A stretch of 64,000 nt of DNA from Nageia nagi (taxonomy: Eukaryota > Plantae > Pinophyta). The position numbers and the translations under genes are program-made. Below are positions 28,801 through 41,390 of the stretch, piece by piece (position 1 is the first letter of the stretch; each line of letters opens with the position of its first letter). A model generated the notes under the pieces. That model was not told the DNA's origin. It made no database searches and worked only from the letters and a program-made list of their open reading frames with translations. The DNA lies in NCBI GenBank assembly GCA_050084985.1, contig JBITNC010000001.1, positions 27,404,001 to 27,468,000 on the forward strand, read 5' to 3'.

Positions 28801-30407
28801 CTTAAAATGTTCTAAGAATAAATTTTTCAATTGAGCATATGAATGAATGCTATATTTAATTAGGTTATTGTACCAATCCATTGCTTGTATAGCAAATGTC
28901 ATGGAAAAGATACATAGCATTAATGCATCATCATTAAGAATAACATAACTTGAATACTTAAACCATCTAAGATGTTATTTAGGATCTTGCTTTCCCTTAA
29001 ATGATTCAATTTTTGGAATCTCAAATTTGAAAGGAATCTCCTTTTTGGGAACACTTGGATGAATAGATTTGTTGCAATTTGCTTCATACTATGCCATTTT
29101 TTTATTTTGCAAACATAACTCTTTTTCAATTTCCATCAACCTTTTATGAAAATCATTATTTTCTTTTAGTTGATTCTGATATATGGGATATCAACATTTC
29201 ATATCCTGGGAACAATTCATATCTTTATTCAAAAGGTGTCTGGGCATCATAGTAGGCTCTATCATATGGTGGAGAAGGTGGCAAAGGTTGGTGTGGTGGT
29301 AGTTGAGATATTTGTTATTGTAATTATTGTTGGGGTAGTGGTGATCTAGGGGGATAGTGTAATTTTCCTTTATTTTTGGGTGGAGGTAAATGATACCTTT
29401 GAAGTAGATCTTGTCAATTTATAAGTGATGCTTCTTTTCTATTAACCAATTAAGGATCTTGATATTTATACATTCCATGACCTTATGGTGATAGAGATTA
29501 TGCCCTTAGTTGTACTCTTTTATTTTTTCCCATTATTTGATTAGGTCCAGATTAGATTTAGACATTTTACTTATTAGGTCGCATTATTAGTGGTTTTTTT
29601 ATGTATATTGAGTACTGGTTATGCTTGTAATCATGGTTGGTGGGTAAATCCCATAAGTTTCATTGGTTGTTGCATACTTGGGTTATACAAAACCATTTTT
29701 TTTTATGGTTGGTGTTATATATTATTTTAGGATGGATTTTTTTCTATTCACATAAGGGGGTATTTCTTGCAACCTAAACCTTATAAGATCATGATTATCT
29801 CTTACCTAATGCCCTTGTCTAGGTATTCTATGACTTGGTAAAGGAGTCGATGCATTTGATTTTAAAACATAATAGGGATTATTATAAACTCTAGAACCAT
29901 ATCTTAATTCTAGCATAGGAGTAGTTGTATGTATGGAGATCTGATCATCAAATTATTTAATTTTCCTAGATAAGTGGAAGGAGTATAATCATCTCTTCTT
30001 AGATATGATTGAACTAAGCATCCATCCAGTAAATAATATGTGACATGATCATAATTAGGTCTAAAAGGACCTCTTTGAAGAATGGTATCAATTGAATGAG
30101 TTTATGAATGAGGTATATTTCTTAATATAACCTCTTCCACACCATCAATTGGTTGTGTGTCTTCCTCTAAATATTTTATATCTAAAGGAACAATGTGGGC
30201 ATGAGAAGAATGAGGGATTTTCAATTGTGTTAAATGTTGTCTAACTATATCTTAATCATTATTAATAGGATTTAAGTAAGTGGGATTTATTTCTTGAGGA
30301 GTTTCCCTTCTCAAAGTGCTCCTACTAGACCCATGACTCTATCATACTTCTAAATAGTTTTCACCATCTAGCTCTTTATGAGCTATTTGAGACCAAGTGT
30401 TAACCAT
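22810..30407 (-). pseudogene. Element D gag-pol: gag, protease, G-patch, RT, RNase H, additional RNase H, integrase with GPY/F
   Basis: MVNTWSQ start at 30407. gag 28669-28920. Protease 27327-27848 (RILINEGSIINI). RT 25276-25707 (CMDFRDLNKA, VMPFGLKNVGAT, YLDD). RNase H/tether 24543-24989. Additional RNase H 24217-24441 (TNNNDEYEAL, SDSLLIVN). Integrase about 23000-23800. NWLGPY about 22875. Confidence 0.92.
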
Positions 30408-32132
30408 CTTCTTTTAGTTTTTTTTTTTATATGTTTTGGTTTTATTTTCTTTTTTGACAAACTATAAAGAAAAAGCAAACATTGAACATAGTAATTCTAT
30501 TTTTCATCTTAAAATTTATATTTGAGAGAAAATAATTAAATGCATAAATAACCTATATGCATATTTACCTTTTCGATGTGATTATCTTTTTCTAGCTTTT
30601 TGGCATATTAAATTTTTTTATATGAACAGTATGAATTGGACATTTTAATATTCTTAATTTTTCTAAATTATTTTTTCTAGTCAAATGTTTAAACAAGGTA
30701 GGATGGTAATCCTATTAGGTAATCTAGGGCTAAGTAATGACTTGGTACTTAAAATGGTCCCCTTAGTGCAATGGGGCTCAAGGAATATCACTGAGAACTA
30801 TCTTGGTTATGAAATCCAAGTATAGCTCCCTTTTTTATAATCATTTGATGGAAAGTAATGAATTCTAACCTATAAACTCAGTATTTATTTCTAGGTTTTG
30901 GCTCTTAGGTTCATAATATTTGATCAGTGGGAACATAAGAAAATAAGAATCAATGGTTGGTAATGACCTCCAACTCATTGATGTTCATTTTAATAGATCT
31001 TATGGTCATCCATTTAACCAAAATAAAGTACTCATGGATGCAAGTTCTAATCCTCTTGATCATATATATCCATTAATTAAGCTTTTTTAATGTGATTCAA
31101 ATAATGTTTTAATTAGTAAATAAGTTGATCTAAATATACCATAAGATTTATTACCTATTAGTGAGATTTATTAACCAAAGGAAATACAAAATGTGGTTTA
31201 TTACCTCTTCTTACAAGTCACAATCTCCTTCGATCGCATTTTGCATGGTAAGGGCAGACAAGTAAGAAGTCATTAATGTGAGTAAATCTCCTTTAATATA
31301 GGTTCATTTCCCCTCATTATAATTCATAATCCTTCAACCACCTTTCATTGTGGTAAGGCAAACAAGTAAGAGTATTAATATGTAAAAAGTAGCTACCAGA
31401 TTCATTAACTAATTTAATGTATCCTAATCTACCTTAAACCTAATTAAATTACCCTTTTCAAGTGTGGAAGTAACTTAGTGTAGATTCAGTTACCAAATTA
31501 ATGTGATAAAGTGAAAAAAAGAAAAGAAAAATTTCATTTATCCCTTTTCTATCACATCCCTTCTGGTCACCTCATATTGCTTTTTAGCACAAAGGGAGAG
31601 CATAAGTGGATAAGATAGAAAAATATTAAGTGAATGGGTTTATCTCTATTTGTACAATTCCTTCCCAAACAAATAAGAAATAAATAAACTTTAGGATATT
31701 AAACAAATAAAAAATATCAAAAAAATGCATTTTATTATTGACATTGAATAACCTCCCTTACATGCATTTTAAGCATAGGGATCACAAACAAGGTGTTCAT
31801 TTTTTATTTTTGATCTTAGTTCCTAAGCTATGCTTACAATATTGATGAGAATAAAAAAATTGACCTTTGTTCTTAATTGATAGCATTTTAATACAGTCAT
31901 TGGCATCCTAGTCCATTCGTTGGACTCCTAGTCCAGTCACTAATGTTTGATACGCTATCATTAGTGATTTTGTGATTCAATCTTGGAAAAACATAGAATA
32001 CAAAAAGTGAAATCAACTTCACTACCATATGACACAAACCATAAAAAAAACACACATAAAGATATAGAAAACTCCTTACGTCTCATCACTAATGTTGTTT
32101 GCATGCAAGGTGCCCTCCTTCTAGCACCATAA

Positions 32133-32972
32133 TGTTGTACTTAAAAAGTAACCTTGTTAACAAATAAGACAAGATATGTCATGACCAATATTTTTCTTTA
32201 TTACTCATGAATAGACCTCAATGATATAATTATGAATCTATTTTGATTTATTTTCTTGTAAAAGGACTTTAACAAAATAATATTTATACCTTTGTAGGCC
32301 TATTTACAATGTGTACAAGCCTTGAAAATTATCTTCTAAAACTTGCAAGAAGTTTAAATTTATCTATTCTCTCCAATTTCTTATGACTTTCTCTATTCAG
32401 TTTCATTGCTATACACCTATGCACCCTACACACATGCAAATGGGAAAGATATCAAACATACTTATTCATATCATAAAAATAAGCACAATACTAATCATAA
32501 AATAACATATAAAAATGTGAAATAATAATGCACTTAACTCAATCAATTTGGATGTACTATGACATAGTAACTTTACATTCAAATTGGATCTCTTTGCTTC
32601 ATTGTAGAAGGCTTTATTTATAGATTTTGGAAACAATAAAAGCTTCTAATTTTAAGATAAAAATTAGGATAAAAAAGCCTATATTGCTTTATCATGGCTA
32701 TGATTCGAAGCTGATATCCATGAGATGGATAATGAGTCATCCATTATCCTTTGTTTTCTTCCCAGGATGCTTCAAGAGTTGCCATTTTATTTTTATTTTA
32801 CCAATTATATAGTAATTAACATCTAAGTATTATATGCTCACAAATGACCTAATTCACTAATAATTGAAGTTAGACACTAGCGATTGGTAGGCTATGGTTA
32901 ACTTTTTAATTTTATTTAATTTTCTTCCCTTCTTTCGCTCATCAAAAGATAGGTCATTTTTGGGTGTCTACA
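32133..32972 (-). repeat. 5' LTR of element D
   Basis: TG...CA, adjacent to the tRNA-Asn PBS. Confidence 0.92.
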
Positions 32973-33514
32973 TGTTGGTACCAAGGAATCACCATGGCAT
33001 CTTTAGGTATGAGAAATGAGTAGGCTTTCCTTCAAAAAATTCTAAGATATTATAGGTTTTGTTGTTATTGTAAGGTGTTTTGGTCATCACACCACCATTG
33101 TGAAGGCTAATATGAAGGGTTTCATATTGGGGAAGCCTCTTAGTAAGGATTGATAAAAAAGTGAGGATCCATCAAAAAGAATACAAGCATGAAAAGAATA
33201 AGGAGGTTATGACTAGCCAAGAGGTTCTCCATAGCTCTACTACACTCACCGCATCCTTATGTAAAATATTTCAAGTTTATTCAACCCTCCCAAAAGACAT
33301 CAAGGAAGCATTGAGTTTTTAGGACTTCATTGAGGTGACTAAGGGAGAAGAAGAATTGAATGTATCACCACTAAGAGAGGTACATAGTAACACTCAAAGG
33401 GAATAGATATGGGTTTACTCTCAAAAGAAACTAGTTGCACCTGATGAAGATAGGGCATCACAATATTGCCCACCATTAAAGAAAGGTCACCCTTCTCCAA
33501 GAATCTTTTTAGAT

Positions 33515-33850
33515 GTGCATACCATGGAAGGTCACTCAATTCCATATTATTGTTTTATCAAGATCAAAGGAGTGACAATGGGAGAGATAGTTTCCATTTT
33601 GGTTGATAATGGAGCCACACAAAGCTTCATTTGCCAAGGGTTTATTGTCAAAAAAAGCCTTCCAACAAAAATAGTGAAAGAATTCTATATCTCTAATTCC
33701 AATGGGCATTATACCTTATGTTATCATTTAGTAAGACTCAGTATCAATATGGGAAACTATGAACTTAAGGATGAATTTTATGTCTTTCCTTAAGATAGCA
33801 TGCAATTGATAACACTTGGAGTTCAATGGATATATACTTTGGGTTATTTT
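33515..33850 (+). pseudogene. Gypsy aspartic protease relic of element B
   Basis: IKGVTMGEIVSILVDNGATQSFI, a degenerate D(S/T)GA motif. Confidence 0.75.
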
Positions 33851-34049
33851 CAAACTAATTTTTAATGACAAAAGGTGATTTTCTTCTTCAATAGATAGAA
33901 GGTCATCATCAAAGGTATTCAACTGGGACATGGACAATAATTGGTTGCTACACCAAAGATTGAAGATTCTTGGACCAACTAAGAAAATGTTGTTGCAATA
34001 ATGGATTTTCTAAATTGCTTAAGGGAAAACAATTTGGGGAGGGTGAACT

Positions 34050-35556
34050 TGTAATGTTCCCAATTTTTAGGTGTTTTCTCCATTTCACCTTTGATAAATG
34101 GGAACATTAATTTAGGAGTGTTTTAGGTTATTTTTGTATAATTTGGCTAAAATGATGTAAATTCTATTTAGAGACTTAATAAAGCTCTACTTATGGAATA
34201 AATAGCCTTTTATTTATTTATTTTTATTTAGTTATTCTCCAAAATACGAATAAATATTATATTTATGACACCAAGGTAATCATAATTGTAAATGCAATAT
34301 TAGTCTCATGAAATGAGGTATTGCATATTTCATCCTTGATGATTTTCATATTGACATTAAATGTATCTCTAGTCATTAGTGCTCCCCTCTTTGAGGTAGA
34401 GCATCTCTCTAAGTGATTACTGACTATGAGGATATTTGAAGCTTCAAGGATGGACCTGACACTTTGAATAAGGTGTTGATAATCTCATGGCACATAGATG
34501 GCCCTAGAACATGGATGTTGGGCATGGGAGTATCCCATTATTGCACATTAGCCTTCCTAAGCATATGGATCGATGGCATTGATCATAAGATGCTTTGTTA
34601 TTAACCCCTCTTGGAAGTTGGCTTTGCTAATCCTTAGATGTTATTTCACCTATCCCAAGGTTCCTTATATTGGATGTTACATGCATAAGCATACATATCA
34701 TATCTCTCCACTATCATATCATCCTAATGTAAGATTAGAAGATGACCACCTTCACCTACAAAAGGAGAACTCATAGTCATTATGAGATATGCTAAAATTG
34801 ATTATAAATCCTTTATTTTGGATTGAGTGGAGACTCTATCTCAACTACTTGTGGGGTGACCTACATTTCAAGTATTGAGGTAATAGGAGGCTACCTTGAA
34901 ACTTACTTTAGCCATCTTAAGAGGAACATTGCTTATTCTATCACAGTTACTATAGAGGAGACTTTTTCCTGCCTCACTACTTCTAGGATTGGTGAGGCCT
35001 TAATGCCATCCAAAATAACCATATAAGAGATAATCTTGGTACAAAATCCATAGGTTGTTAAAAATATTGTAATTATGCTTTATCATTGATTATCAATACA
35101 ATTACTTTTTATTATCAAAATATTATTATTTATCTCCATGTGCTTGGGTGTTTGATTTGGAAGAATTATTTCATTATTGAATTGTTAATTATCCTTCCTG
35201 GTTGTAACATTGGATTTGAAGTGCTATTTTCATTGTTCAATTCCTATTTCAACTCTCCTACTGGAATGTTGGGTTTGTGAAGGTATTTTAGAATTATTAA
35301 TTCATTATTTTTCTCCTTAACTAATTCATTGGAATACTAGAGAGATTGCATGTTCAATTTGTGTGATTATTAAGCATAACTAGATTTTGGGGTATTGTGA
35401 ATATTTTCAAATTATCATTGCTAAATCTATCTTTCTTGGCAAGCTATGGAATATTGGTACATGTTTGAACTTTTTTTGATCATTTTTAAAGCTAGAATCT
35501 AAATGTCCCTCTCCTAGGGCATGTTTGAGGAGTGAGCATGAAAATGGATCATCACA
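34050..35556 (+). repeat. 3' LTR of element B (about 1.5 kb, TG...CA)
   Basis: TGTAATG...ATCACA. It preserves the empty site (AGATT) of copia C. Confidence 0.88.
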
Positions 35557-37634
35557 TAACATGCACCTTAGGTTGGAAAAAATTAGGTGGCATATATGAT
35601 TGGAAGATATCTTGAGGATTTGATATTGCCAAGTTATTAGGAATCTTGGGTTATGGTTGATAAGAGGAACTAGGTTGATCAATGCTAGCAACTTGAGGAG
35701 TGTTAATCCTTAAGGGTTGATAATTAATGTTTACCCCTTACCCTTGAGAGGTTAGATGAGTGTCCATAATTTATGAAATTTATTAGCTTTTTATATCCTA
35801 TACAGCTCTTCAAACATTTGAGTCTTCTCCCTATCATCATGATGGGGACCACTAGATGGTCTTAGAGTGGGAAGTTAAAATTATGGACATGGTGATTGAA
35901 ATAAAGGATCCAATTGATAAATCAATGGAGCTTGGGATAAGCTTGATGATAATTGTTGGTATTGCCTTGAAACAAAAGGCAACTTAGCAATGATTATGAA
36001 TGGAGAAGCCAGAGAAGGTTGATTTATTCTATAAAACACTTCTTGAAAGGGAAATTTATGTGCCATCATTTGACTCAATATGGTAAAATGAGAATTGGGT
36101 TGTTCTTATGGTTGGGGTTCAATGGAAGTGGATGGTATGTGAGAAGGTGATGGTTCATGATATGGAGAGTCTATGGTTGCAATATGAAGTGGGGAAGAGG
36201 AGTACAAAGGTCGTGATATCCTTGTACTTCTTCCAAGGAATGATGGAGGGTTTCAAATGGTTTATTTTAAATGGTTGGGATATTAGATGATGAAATTCTA
36301 AATCTTGAAATATGTTTCTTGGTTTTAAATTGTTCAAAAAAGGATTGGATATAAGGATCACTCAAGAAGAGTTCTTGTTTGGAGTTAATTTCATCTTGGG
36401 AATCCATCACATTGTGATGAGGTGAGCTAGGTTCCCCAAATAAGGGCTTCCTATGGACACTATATTGGATGTATCTATATGTTTGGATTCCTTCTTGAGG
36501 GTGGGGAACAAAAGCACATCTAGATGATGATGTAGGGATAGTAAATATTTGTGAAGTATAAGGTGAAGGTGGATGGGAAGAAGGATTAGATTATCCTTCC
36601 CTAGCTTGTCTAGCCCTAGCTTGTGCTCTAGTTTCAACCAAATTATCATAAGGTTAATTATCCATTTTAAGGTTGCAAACAAGAACTTTGTAAAATAATA
36701 ACGCATAAAGAAATTATTACCATTGGTATCAAACAAGTTTAAAAAAATAAACACCAATCCTAAGTGTTTTATTATGCTCTTGATTTAATGGATGTAAGGC
36801 TAAGACAAAAAATCCTAAAATGATTTTTCCAAAATATAAATCTTATATGCAAGATAGCAATAGTGTCAAAATATAGCAAGGGTGATTATCTTATCTAATT
36901 GCTTCTTGTTTAATTGATGAAGATTATCTTTTTAGTGAGATTGTTTTTAGGGGTATATGACCTCTATTGTAGTTTTCCTAGAATGACCCCAGTCAAGTGT
37001 TATTGGGTAAGGCTCAATATCTAGGGGTTTGGTATGTTTAAATGTTCAACTTACATTGCTCACTACACTCATGATCTTTGGATGTGGGTTGGATTATGGT
37101 GATGAAATCCAGATGGCCTGGATCATTCCTAGGCTTGTATGAGATTAATGCAAGTGTAATAAAGAAAATATGATATTTAATTTTTTCTTTTTAAAAATAA
37201 GAATACAACAATTTTCAAAAGGAAACACTCCCTCCCAAGTATTATTTTTTTATTTTTAGTAATGCAAAGGATAGAATAATTTTTTTTCAAATTTTTTTTT
37301 TCACTAAAAGCAAGAATAACATAAATAAAAGAAATAATCCTAAGATGCACATAGAAAACAAATTTATGCTAAAATATGACACAAGTGATATGTAGTCTTG
37401 GGGGCTCCCACTCCAAACTCCAATCACATACAATACCTATTTTACAAGTTTTGATCCTAACTAGTATGCTACAGATCAATTAGTAGTACCAATCGATATA
37501 CCAAGAAAACAACCAACCATATGGTCATAGAAGAAAGGATCAAATACAACACCCAAAAATAAGAACAAAGGATAGAAAACTCCTCTATTGTTGTGAGTCT
37601 TAGATCAAGGGAGGTCCCACCATGATCACCACTT

Positions 37635-38631
37635 TGTAGAGCATCCACAACACACCACAACTTGAGCTAACCACACCAAAAATGTGAGTATAAATACCCA
37701 TATGCAATATCTAAAATATTGCTTATTAAATGATAAAACAAATGATAAATAAGATAAAATGGAGGGAAGGGTAAGAGATTTATCCTTTGTAAAGCTCCCC
37801 AAAATGTCAAACGACCTATCAAACAATTATTTGAGGGGATTTCTAAGCTTTTAGTTCCTTAAGACCCTAGATCCAAGCAAGATGGTATTATATGCTTGTA
37901 AATCCCTAAGCCTTAAGTCAATAAGGTACTTGGAAATAGCTCAATGCCTATGATGTAAGCTAACATAGACTAAAGAAAATATAAAATGATTTGCTATTGA
38001 TTTAAACATAAACTAAACTAATCTAGCCTAATTATACCAAGAGATTAGCCTAGAATAAGCTAAATGTAACCATGTACAAATAGATTTGAAATGACCCAAA
38101 AGGATATGATTTGATACATTTGGATGACCTATAATACCTACAAACTAACTTGAAACAATGTTAGTTCATATAAAAATCCAAATCACATGATTTTACCCAA
38201 GATTCCCTTTATTGGATGAGGATAAAAGCTCCCCTTTTGCCTCAAAAAATGATGGGTGGAGTTCACATAGGATGTAGAAGGCTGCTAAGATTCATGTACA
38301 CAGTTGAAAAAAGGTTGAGCATGCAATGAGTCATGAGCTAGACATTGGAGAGAGGGGGGATGATTTCAAATTGACCTTTATATTTGGATAGGGTCCAACT
38401 AGTAGGTCAGTTAGGGTTTCATACCTAACTAGCTGATTGATTTCCCAACTAGTAGGCTAGTTAGGGATAGGGTTGAAAAAGTGTTAAAAAAGGGTTAAGT
38501 TATTAAAAATGATCACATGAGAGTTATCACATAGGTTTGATGGGTTGATGTGATCATGATAAGCTACAAAACATATCAAGTCTTCATGAGTCACCTAACC
38601 TAAATGAATGAATAATTTTTAGGTAATTATA
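37635..38631 (-). repeat. Probable 5' LTR of element A (right boundary approximate)
   Basis: Begins TGTAGA next to the PBS-like tract and ends near ...AGGTAATTATA. The partner LTR is outside the window. Confidence 0.5.
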
Positions 38632-38639
38632 ACTCTAAC

Positions 38640-41390
38640 CTCCATCAATAATTTCATAATCTACATGTAGTAGTATCAATAATCTTACCTCAATGATCCT
38701 CACTAAGATATCTCCATCTCTTCTTATTCTTTCATACTCCCTCCATACTCTAGAATAGGTTTTCCTTCATTAATTTATAACAATGGTGTAATGAAAACCC
38801 TCACCTCTTAGGCAATTGCATGGCCTCTATGATTCTCAAACTCATCCACTACCATGATTTCCATTACTCGATTCCTGTAATTGAATCCAAACACTTTTAT
38901 TCCCCATTATTTTTCCTTTTAGAAGGTTATCAAGTTTTTTAGTTGATAATATAACTTCTTGGGCATTAAAATAGTGATTCTTGGTCTTTATTTGCCATGC
39001 TAGATTATTTTAACAATCTTCTCAGTCCTCTAAAGTGATGACATCAACATTTTCAATCTCTTAAACCTAAAATCGACATGTATGAGCTTTTCCATTGAGT
39101 TTCAAGCCTTTAATTCGATAATTTCACATCTTCAAGTTGATGATATCAACATCTAATTTATCATACTTTAAAAGGATCTTCATCATTGATAGTTGCACCA
39201 TAAAGATGATGATGTCAATATAATATTTGTTGCACTTTGGTAGGATCTTCATCATTGAATGTCATGCCATGAAGATTATGATATTAGCATAAGGTTTGTC
39301 GCACTCTGGTAGGATCTTCATCATTGAACATTGCACCATGAAGATGATGATGTCAACATATGATTTGTTGGAATCTGTTAGGGTATTCATCAATGAATGC
39401 TATGCTATGAAGATAACTATATCAACATAATATTTTTGCATCATGAAAAATATTTTCTCAAACCCTAACAGGTATTTCCCAAACCCCAATATGTATTTTC
39501 CCAAACCTCAACGAGTGTTTTTTTATTATGGTAAGAGTTTTATTTGATTGCAATAAATATTTTCTTTAAGATTTTAATTATTTGTTGATCCAAGTTTTAG
39601 ATCATGCCTCCTTAATGGGTAGGAATTTGGTCCCTAAATGCTTAGGGATAATTTTGAGGAATTGGTATCCCCTCTAAACTTTAGTCATTTTTCATATATG
39701 TCCTCATGTCTTCTTATAAGAAAACTTTGTATACTCCTAAGGCAATCTCAACCAGATTTGATACCACATGATTTGTAATCATAAAATACTTATAGCATAC
39801 ATGAATCCTTGAATATAGATTATACATTTTCATTTTCTCTATGTTCTCCATGTTCTTAACATACACCAATATTAACATATATCTAATAAAGAATACATAT
39901 CTACAAAAAGAACACAAGTGTTTATAGTGGTTCATCTCAATGTGGGATTACATCCACTCTAACCTTCTAATTTTAGTATTCATAAATATTTTTAGAAGCC
40001 ACAACCATAAGGCCATATGTTATACCAACTTCTTTGGACATTTCTACACCTTCTTTAGCTTTCTTATGATCTTATTTGCTCCTCTCTTGATCAACATGTA
40101 AAATTTTCTCTTCCTTTTTTTGCATCAAAAATATGTACTAGAACATATGTTATATTCCTTGTAAAATACATCATGTGACTAGTCCTAGTACAAGAAGATT
40201 GATATACATATGGTATAGAATGAATATGATATTGTTCACCCTACACTATATCTTTTACCTTGTACAAAATGGATTAGTATGGCTATTATACTATCCATCA
40301 CACCAATCTATAGTAAGAAAGATGGGATAGATCTTCCCTTTTAATGTCATATTTTGCTTTTGGAAATATTATGGACTTTATCAATAGTATCACACTCTAC
40401 CTATAAAAGTACTAAAAATCTTTCCTCAAGGATCCTTACCATCTGATCTCCATCTCTTCTTCTTCTTTACTCCCTCTATCCTTTGGAACAAGTTTTTCTT
40501 CACTAATTTTTTAGAAGTAATGTAATGTTAACCCTCATTTATTAGGTTTTTATATGACCTTTACAATTCTTGGACTCATACATTACCATGGCTACCACTA
40601 TTTTGTTCTTGTAATTGAATCTAAACACTTATATTTTTTTAATCATTTTACCTTTTAGAAGGTTATAAAGTTTTCTAACTGATGATCTAAATTTTTTGGT
40701 CCTAAAACAACAATTCTTATTCTTTCTTTGCCATGAAATATCATTTTAATGATCTTCCTAATCCTCAAATTGACAATACCAACATTTACAATCTCCCATA
40801 CCCAAAATCAATAGGTATGAGATTTTCCATTGAGTATCAAGCCTTTAATTTGATAATACCATACCTTTGAGCTAATGATATCAGTGTATAATGTATCACA
40901 CTTTGGTAGGGTCTTTATAACTGAATATCACACCGCAAAGATGATGACATCAACATAAGATTTTTTGTACTTCAATAGGATCTTCATCATTGAACATTAT
41001 GCTACAAAGATAATGATATCAACATAAGGTTTATCACACTTTGGTAGGATCTTCACCACTTAACGTTGCATTGTGAAGATGATGATATCAACAAACAATT
41101 TATTGCATTTCAATAAGGTCTTCATCACTAAATATCATGTTACAAAGATGATTACATCAGCATAAGGTTTCTCGCAACATGGAAAATATTTTCTCGAATC
41201 TCAACATGTACTTTCTTAGACCCATAACATGTGTTTTCTCAAACCTCAAAAAATATTTTTCCAAACACTAACATGTATTTTTTTGAACCCTAATGGGTGT
41301 TTTCTTTAATCATGATAAGGATTTTCTTTGACTGTGATAAAGGTTTACTTTAATATTTTAATTCTTTGTTGATCCAATTTTGGATCAGTA
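38640..41390. repeat. Diverged direct repeat of about 1 kb (38640-39600 vs 40377-41390). Each copy has four 69-bp tandem units and about 21-bp AAACCCTAA-like units
   Basis: Colinear similarity. Unit starts at 39172/39241/39310/39379 and 40907/40976/41045/41114. Confidence 0.85.

Larger units (their letters stand above)
13525..32972 (-). mobile_element. Element D: 19.4-kb Tat-clade (Ogre/Retand/TatIII-like) Ty3/gypsy retrotransposon
   Basis: LTRs of about 840 bp at 13525-14366 and 32133-32972. PBS at 32113-32129 (minus: TGGTGCTAGAAGGAGGG, the complement of plant tRNA-Asn 3' end with one CpG decay). PPT at 14367-14379. Order gag-PR-RT-RH-aRH-INT. TSD CATTG/TGTTG. Confidence 0.92.
2483..35556 (+). 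mobile_element. Element B: pol-deleted non-autonomous Ty3/gypsy (chromovirus-like) element, host of nested elements C and D
   Basis: The 5' LTR (2483-3787 plus 11001-11214) aligns with the 3' LTR (34050-35556). Met-type PBS TGGTATTAGAG at 11216. PPT GGGGAGGGTGAAC before 34050. Protease relic ILVDNGATQSFI (33515-33793). TSD TAATG/TAACA. Confidence 0.85.
1..38631 (-). mobile_element. Element A: degenerate Ogre/Tat-like Ty3/gypsy LTR retrotransposon. Own sequence is 1-2482 plus 35557-38631; it continues beyond the window's left edge
   Basis: Retrotrans_gag-like relic (1667-1861, ALYWYNNLP..FEQL) and protease relic (304-531, RVMIYDGSTINF). The Pro-rich gag-proximal sequence resumes at 35557. A PBS-like tract at 37614-37631 (minus: TGGTGATCATGGTGGGAC, resembling the complement of plant tRNA-Arg 3' end after CpG decay) abuts an LTR-like block starting TGTAGA at 37635. 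Confidence 0.75.

Noticed and set aside
32113-32129. Match to the 3' end of tRNA-Asn
   Set aside because: Only 17 nt next to an LTR, so it is a primer-binding site and not a tRNA gene.
39172-39450. Regularly spaced repeats resembling a CRISPR array
   Set aside because: Whole 69-bp units are homologous with no unique spacers. The context is eukaryotic and has no cas genes.
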